In this document: one piece after another, positions 58,218-64,000 of the stretch
Layout: each line of letters starts with the position of its first letter
Position numbering within the stretch: position 1 is the first letter of the stretch
NCBI RefSeq assembly: GCF_036588685.1
Contig: NC_086376.1
Coordinates: forward strand, 58,218,001 to 58,282,000
Direction of reading: 5' to 3'
Source: Mytilus trossulus
Lineage: Eukaryota
Length of the DNA stretch: 64,000 nucleotides
Notes under the pieces: model-generated
Database searches by the model: none
What the model was told of the DNA's origin: nothing
Seen by the model: only the letters and a program-made list of their open reading frames with translations
Translations under genes and position numbers: made by a program

Positions 58218-58827
58218 TCTATGGAAATAATGTGCATAGTGTATAAATGCTTTGTGTAGAAAATAAGATCACAAAAATACTGAACTCCGAGGAAAATTTA
58301 AAACGAAAATACTCTAATCAAACACATTTTTGTCATTCAACTTGTTAAATGTTTTCCGGGATTTCAATCTGATTGAAATAAAAATCATGTGTCTTAGCTA
58401 GGAACACAGGTGCTTTTGGTCAGATTTCCAGATTTTTATATATATTACTTGTGAATACATTTTAAAAACAAACTTTATATATAATATATTTAGTTTATAA
58501 AATCAACCTGTACGTCATTTGAATCTGATTGATAGGTGTCTCATTTGTAAGCGAATCACATTTTTTATTTGTAAATTAAATGAATTAATTCAATCAGTCC
58601 GATAAATGGTATCATCACTTTGCTCTATGTTGACTAATGGAAGCGTTTGGAAACGGATCTTTATTTGAGGACGAATTTGTTTAATGATCCTTATGTTAAT
58701 ATGTAGGTGTTCACGTGAAAAACTTATAATAAAATCTATATAGAGGTGCTATTTTAAACATATTATTATAGGTCATTCAACTGGAAACACTCCATTAAAG
58801 TTTAAAATAACTGTCGGAAATTTGGAA

Positions 58828-59106
58828 GGGAAATTTCAAATATTTTATACTATTTATGGCCAGGATTGAACCTTCGTAATATGTCACTTGGAAAACAATA
58901 CAATACACTTATGAAATATACACACAAAGTCCGGGAAAGTTTTACTTCAGGGTAGACATATTAAATTCATAACCAATAATAATGAATAATATAGGAAGTA
59001 GATATAAAGGTGTATACTGTGTCGCGGTCAGGATTACCTACATATAAACATGTGTATTTGATGTACAACGATGTAGATGTGTTGTGACAACAAGGACCAA
59101 ACAAAG
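58828..59106 (+). promoter_or_regulatory. Candidate PGRP promoter and non-coding first exon
   Basis: kappaB-like GGGAAATTTC (58828) and GGGAAAGTTT (58933), TATAAA (59003), donor AAG|GTTAGT at 59106; acceptor ttatcag at 60495 precedes the ATG exon. Confidence 0.3.
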
Positions 59107-60525
59107 GTTAGTATCTAATTTTACTATTTTATCTTTAAAATCATGGTCAAAAAAGTGTGAAATATTCAGGGTTAAATAATTCATATTAAGTGTTTTACAA
59201 TGTACTTCATGCGACCTACATTTTATTGATAAGTTCATTTTCAAGTGGTATACTTGTATTTGTATTGTCATTTTCTTTTTCTCGTGCCCTTTCATATGAA
59301 GAGTTTTATAAAATTATGTTAATTTCACGAAAATATCTCTTCGTGACGGTTATGTACGTTGTAGATAAAGCTTAAATAATTATTGCTGATTTCAAGCTTC
59401 TTTTTATTTTTTGCATTTGACCAACACAAACGATAGACATTACAGTTGCTGTACAAAAAAAAAATACAATTTAGTGTGACTTTTTGGTACTTGGTACCTT
59501 TGATAACTATTTGACTCGGAAGAAACCAAATACTAACCTAGATGTTTCATTGTCTGATTTTTAAACTTCAAATGCATTTGAGATACTTGTATTTTTTAAA
59601 ACCTTGTTGCAATGTTACAACCTTTCTTTCATTTTGAGTATATCAAGAGGTCTAGCAAGTTTTCCAAAAAGCGGGTCCGGTCCATCCTATGAAATGCCTT
59701 AACATGGTGTATGTTTTCTCCAATCGAGATAACATAGATTATGAGTTAATCTAGTACCTACAAATGTTGGCTGTCATCATGACTATTGAGTTTTCTGTGC
59801 TCATAATGTTTTCAAAAAGCTCAAAAAGTTAAATACGTTTTAAAGCATAAACATATTTTTTGCAAGGTATAAAACCAAATTAATTGCAAGTTTGGATAAA
59901 GAGAAATGTAGACTATACCGGATCTGTTCCTTATTTCTTTTTAGTTCAATCATATAAGGATAAGGAAATACGGTATAAATGCAACCAAACTTTCGTTCAA
60001 TCATATAAGGATAAGTAAATATGGTATAATTGCCTCCGCATGCCCAAGGACAAGGACATGTGTTAAATCATGGTTTCTAAAGTATTCCCGCACTTTTACA
60101 GTTACGGAAGACAGAAACGTCAAGTCGATTTGGAGGACTGTTTCACATAAACTGTCAAAAATAAAAAATAAAGAATAATTTTATTTTGAAATATTGCTGG
60201 AGCTCATTCTTAAATTCCTGTCAAAACTTCGAACTATAATGTAAATTTTGTTGTAAATTGTAAATTTATGTGGCTTAGTTATGATTTTTCCTGTTTAGAA
60301 TTGTTTTTATCTTATTGATCAGTATATCGTAAAATGATATTCTTGGTTGTCACATGATTATTGGAATTTGACAAATATATAGTTATGGACAATAATGACA
60401 TCAAGGTCAAACTCTAGCATTTGGTATGCTAGTATATCCTAGTGGTGGCCTCAAATATCATGTCGTCACTGGAAAACCTAACTTTTCCTTATCAGAGCTG
60501 TTCGGTGCTAGTTCTGTGAATCAAT

Positions 60526-63500
60526 ATGGACACGTTTATAGTGCTTATATTATGTTTTGCTCGAGGTAAGACTTATTTTTAAAGGATATTGTATCTTAGA
60601 TATTAATTCCATGAGATAGCCTTCAGTTAACTCAATCATTTTCTGTTGGTGCAGAAAAGACAAACTTCAGAAAACAGTTGGGACATTGCTATATTTTATT
60701 TACGTCGTATTTATTGAGAATGTCCTTGTATGCAAACCTTTGCCACACTTCGGCAAATGGAACTTGTTTTAGCTGCTTTGATGTTCCTATATTCCGTATG
60801 TTAAACAAGGATGATATCCGGCTCTGTTTACAATGGCTTCGTCAATTTGATAAGTTAATAAACTGTTACGTCGTGGTCCCATTTGTTAAAACCCGGCAAC
60901 AAATCAGCGCCTCAAAAAATCACAGTATTTGATATATTTATTTCCAAATTTATACATTTTGTATATAAGAAATCTGTTTTGCCGCAGATCGCTGGCAATT
61001 AAACTGTCACTAATATAGCTGAAAATATGAGGTTAGCGGCAGATCGCCAATTATGGCAACTGTAGATTACAATGACTACCACAGCTTGTGGTAGTTGTGG
61101 TAGTTGGAGATAAGATAAGAACATTTAGATCACCGTTACCGTGGAAACACAGGTAAAGGGTCAAACCTTTACAGTGTTCATCTGTTGTGAAAGATACTTT
61201 TTATGAAACAGAATGTTTTGCGATGCAGCGAATTCTGCAACATCGAGGCATAGTTAATTCAGTCTTTGAGGAAAGTTATTTTACATCAATCAGAATTTTT
61301 CACGTGTTCATTTATTTAAATACACGTAGGTGTCCAGAAATGTCAACTCAAAAAGTCACCTAAAATTATAACATAAACCAAAGCAGTAGCTAACTCGTAA
61401 AATATTTATAAGACAGACAAGATATCAGTATAAAAGTTTTACTAATTTTCACAAGTTTTGACTCTTTTTTTATTTCTTGCATTTCATTCATATCTCAATG
61501 ATTCGATCATATTTCTTTTCTTATTTTTATTCAGATCCTTCAAATTCAGTTTGATAATGAGAGTCTAGGCACTACTTGATTAAATAGCAACATATTTGTA
61601 AAACAATACCAGTCATGGAAATTTCAAGCAATGGTGTTTCTTCTGTGACATGTCCTTAGTTTTAAGTGTTTTGTTACTTCCTTACGTTACTGATTTTAGT
61701 ATTCCAATGTTAACATTGTCCACATTCGTCGACCAAACAACACAACAGAATGTTAGACTTTAAATGGCATCTGCACCTGCAGGCACAAATCATTATAAAA
61801 ATAGGACAATCAAACAACACAATTATGTGTCCACACTTGCTATGCTTACGACTGGGAGGGACTGTGTGCTTTTGGTTTAATGCTAAGTTCAATTGTGTTC
61901 TGCTTTTTCTTAGATCCAAAATCAGAAGTAATTTTACGTCAGAATTTAAAGTTCAGTAACCACCAATGAGATAAGGGTCTCATTAAACTCAATAATAACC
62001 AACATAGCACTTATAGGTGAAAGGTGATTTTCGAATGTAATAGTTTTTACTTTTTTTCATTTTATCTAAGTCACATGGGGGACTATTTGTACACTGTAGG
62101 TATATACACGCAAAACATTGTACTTTTGAATAAAAACACAGTTTTTATTATATTGTGTAGTTGTCATGTCCTGTGATAATGTGGTAACCAGAGACCAATG
62201 GGGAGCCAGACCTTCGAAGAGCATTAACCTGATGTCAACGCCTGTTGGTTTTGTATTCATCCATCACACAGCCATGAGTTACTGCTTTGACCAGAACGCA
62301 TGCTCACAGCAACTTAAAGTCATTCAGAATTTTCATATGGACAATCGCAGTAAGTTTGTTTTAACCCCCTGTCCTTTAAAAGATAAGTTTTATGTCTTAT
62401 TTTTCAGTTTAAAAAACATGGTTATTTGGCTGTTGTTCGGTGGATTGGGATACAAAGTACACTACTAAAATTATGCAAAAAAGCTTCTTTTTTTTTTAAA
62501 TATACACAAATCCCCCTTGGTGTTTACGTGGTAATGTGCTCTCCTCGAATACAGGGGTAAGTAGGTTTAATACCTGGTCGGGTCTCACCAAAGATTTAAT
62601 TTATTTATATACTGCATTTCTGCAAAACAGCATTTAGGGTCAGCAAACGAACTATGTATGCAAGTTTGGCGACATGGATTAATGCACACTACATTACCAC
62701 CACGAAACCATTCCCAGTAAAACAAATATTGATATTACTTTATATATTCTCGTCCTGAATTGCAGACATTAGACTTAAAACACATGCGTATCGGCATCGC
62801 CATCGTAATACAATATTGGGGAATGGATATACTTTGACAAGCAGCAGATTTAAAAAAAACATGCAGTAGTCAGTACTTCGGTACTGCCGTACTGGTATGA
62901 AAATACGGATTTTTTTGTGTTATTAGAATTTGCTGTTACAAAGTATTAGAAATTATTAGAAATTAAGGAATGTATCTCCCTCATGCAAAGCTCTGATTCC
63001 TTTCACGAATTTGGCTATACTTTTTGGACCTTTTGGATTATAGCTCTTCATCTTTTATGTATGCTTTGGATTTCAAATATTTAGGCCACGAGCATCACTG
63101 AGGAGACATGTATTGTCGAAATGCGCATCTGGTGTAACAAAATTGGTACCGTTGATTTTATTACTTCCACTGGGTCGATGCCTCTGCTTGTGGACTATTA
63201 GTCCCCGAGGGTATCACCAGCCCAGTAGCCAGTACTTCGGTACTGGCATGAAAATACGGATTTTTTGTGTTATTAAAATTTGCTGTTACAAAATATTAGA
63301 AATTATTAGAAATTAAGGAATGTATCTCCCTCATGCAAAGCTCTGATTCCTTTCACAAATTTGGCTATACTTTTTGGACCTTTTGGATTATAGCTCTTCA
63401 TCTTTTATGTATGCAAATGGATTTCAAATATTTAGGCCACGAGCATCACTGAGGAGACATGTATTGTCGAAATGCGCATCTGGTGTAACAAAATTGGTAC

Positions 63501-64000
63501 CGTTGATTCTATTGGACAATGTTATAAAATACTGTCGTGGTGTATTTTTTTAAAAATTTTACTATTTAGATTTTATATTACATTTTTACTACAAATAAAG
63601 AAACTGTAACAGCTAATTTGAATTACAACATTATTTTTCAGCATGGGACGATATTGGATACAACTTTCTGATAGGAGAGGACGGTCAAGTATATGAAGCA
63701 CGAGGATGGGACAGAGTCGGGGCACATACGTACGGCTGGAATGACATTGCAGTTGCGTTTTCTATCATGGGAAATTTTAATGATCGTGTGCCCAACGACA
63801 AGGCTTTGACTGCACTTAAGAATGTTATTGAATGTGGTATCAGAATGGGAAAGATAACTCATAATTATAAGATGTACGGACATAGGGATGTAAGACAGAC
63901 TGAGTGTCCAGGGAACAGTTTATACGCTTTGATACAGACTTGGCCTCACTTTGGTCATACAAAACCAGTAAAACCAACCAGTTCATCACATCACCAGACT
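60526..64000 (+). CDS. PGRP: Peptidoglycan recognition protein, secreted, predicted Zn-dependent N-acetylmuramoyl-L-alanine amidase; 3' end lies beyond the window
   Basis: Exons 60526-60565 (MDTFIVLILCFAR, signal peptide completed by VVMS), 62161-62349 (VVTRDQWGARP..FIHHTA..IQNFHM), 63642->64000 (WDDIGYNFLIGEDGQVYEARGW..GAHT..GHRDVRQTECPG). Catalytic H/Y/H/C are all present. Confidence 0.93.
62518..62680 (+). mobile_element. Highly decayed tRNA-derived SINE (molluscan type)
   Basis: A-box-like GGTGTTTACGTGGT, B-box-like GGTTTAATACC, followed by GGTCGGGTCTCACCAAAGA; recognised from memory of mollusc SINE heads. Confidence 0.4.
63092..63135 (+). ncRNA. Minimal type I hammerhead ribozyme (family S)
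   Basis: GCATCA-CTGAGGA-GACA tgtat TGTC-GAAA-T gcgc A-TC^-TGGTGT; predicted cleavage after 63129. Confidence 0.9.
63443..63486 (+). ncRNA. Minimal type I hammerhead ribozyme (family S)
   Basis: Identical to 63092-63135; predicted cleavage after 63480. Confidence 0.9.

Larger units (their letters stand above)
62864..63513 (+). mobile_element. Tandem non-LTR retrozyme array (~1.8 units, 351-nt period) in the PGRP intron
   Basis: Near-identical direct repeat; each unit carries a type I hammerhead ribozyme. Confidence 0.88.

Overview
AT-rich, intron-containing animal DNA, most likely from a mytilid mussel (inferred from the repeat and retrozyme families; not proven). It holds a small innate-immunity cluster, all on the + strand. 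Gene A (215-14954) and gene B (45719-55153) are paralogues encoding type II membrane proteins: basic N-tail, TM anchor, 108-nt phase-1 EGF exons (5 in A, 2 in B) and a C-terminal fibrinogen-related domain (FReD). An orphan, inactivated copy of the last FReD exon (19932-20955) is interrupted by a Penelope-like RT fragment. A secreted amidase-type PGRP starts at 60526 and runs off the window end. The non-coding DNA is full of MITEs, fold-back elements and Penelope-like fragments. It also carries three families of minimal type I hammerhead ribozymes, including a 351-nt tandem retrozyme lying in sense orientation in a PGRP intron. Gene A shows several unusual features: a precise intron loss relative to gene B, a frameshifted EGF exon bracketed by ~555-bp inverted repeats, and a four-fold tandem duplication of the last exon's splice acceptor in which only the last copy is productive. 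Most ORFs in the supplied track are spurious. All gene models were spliced by eye.
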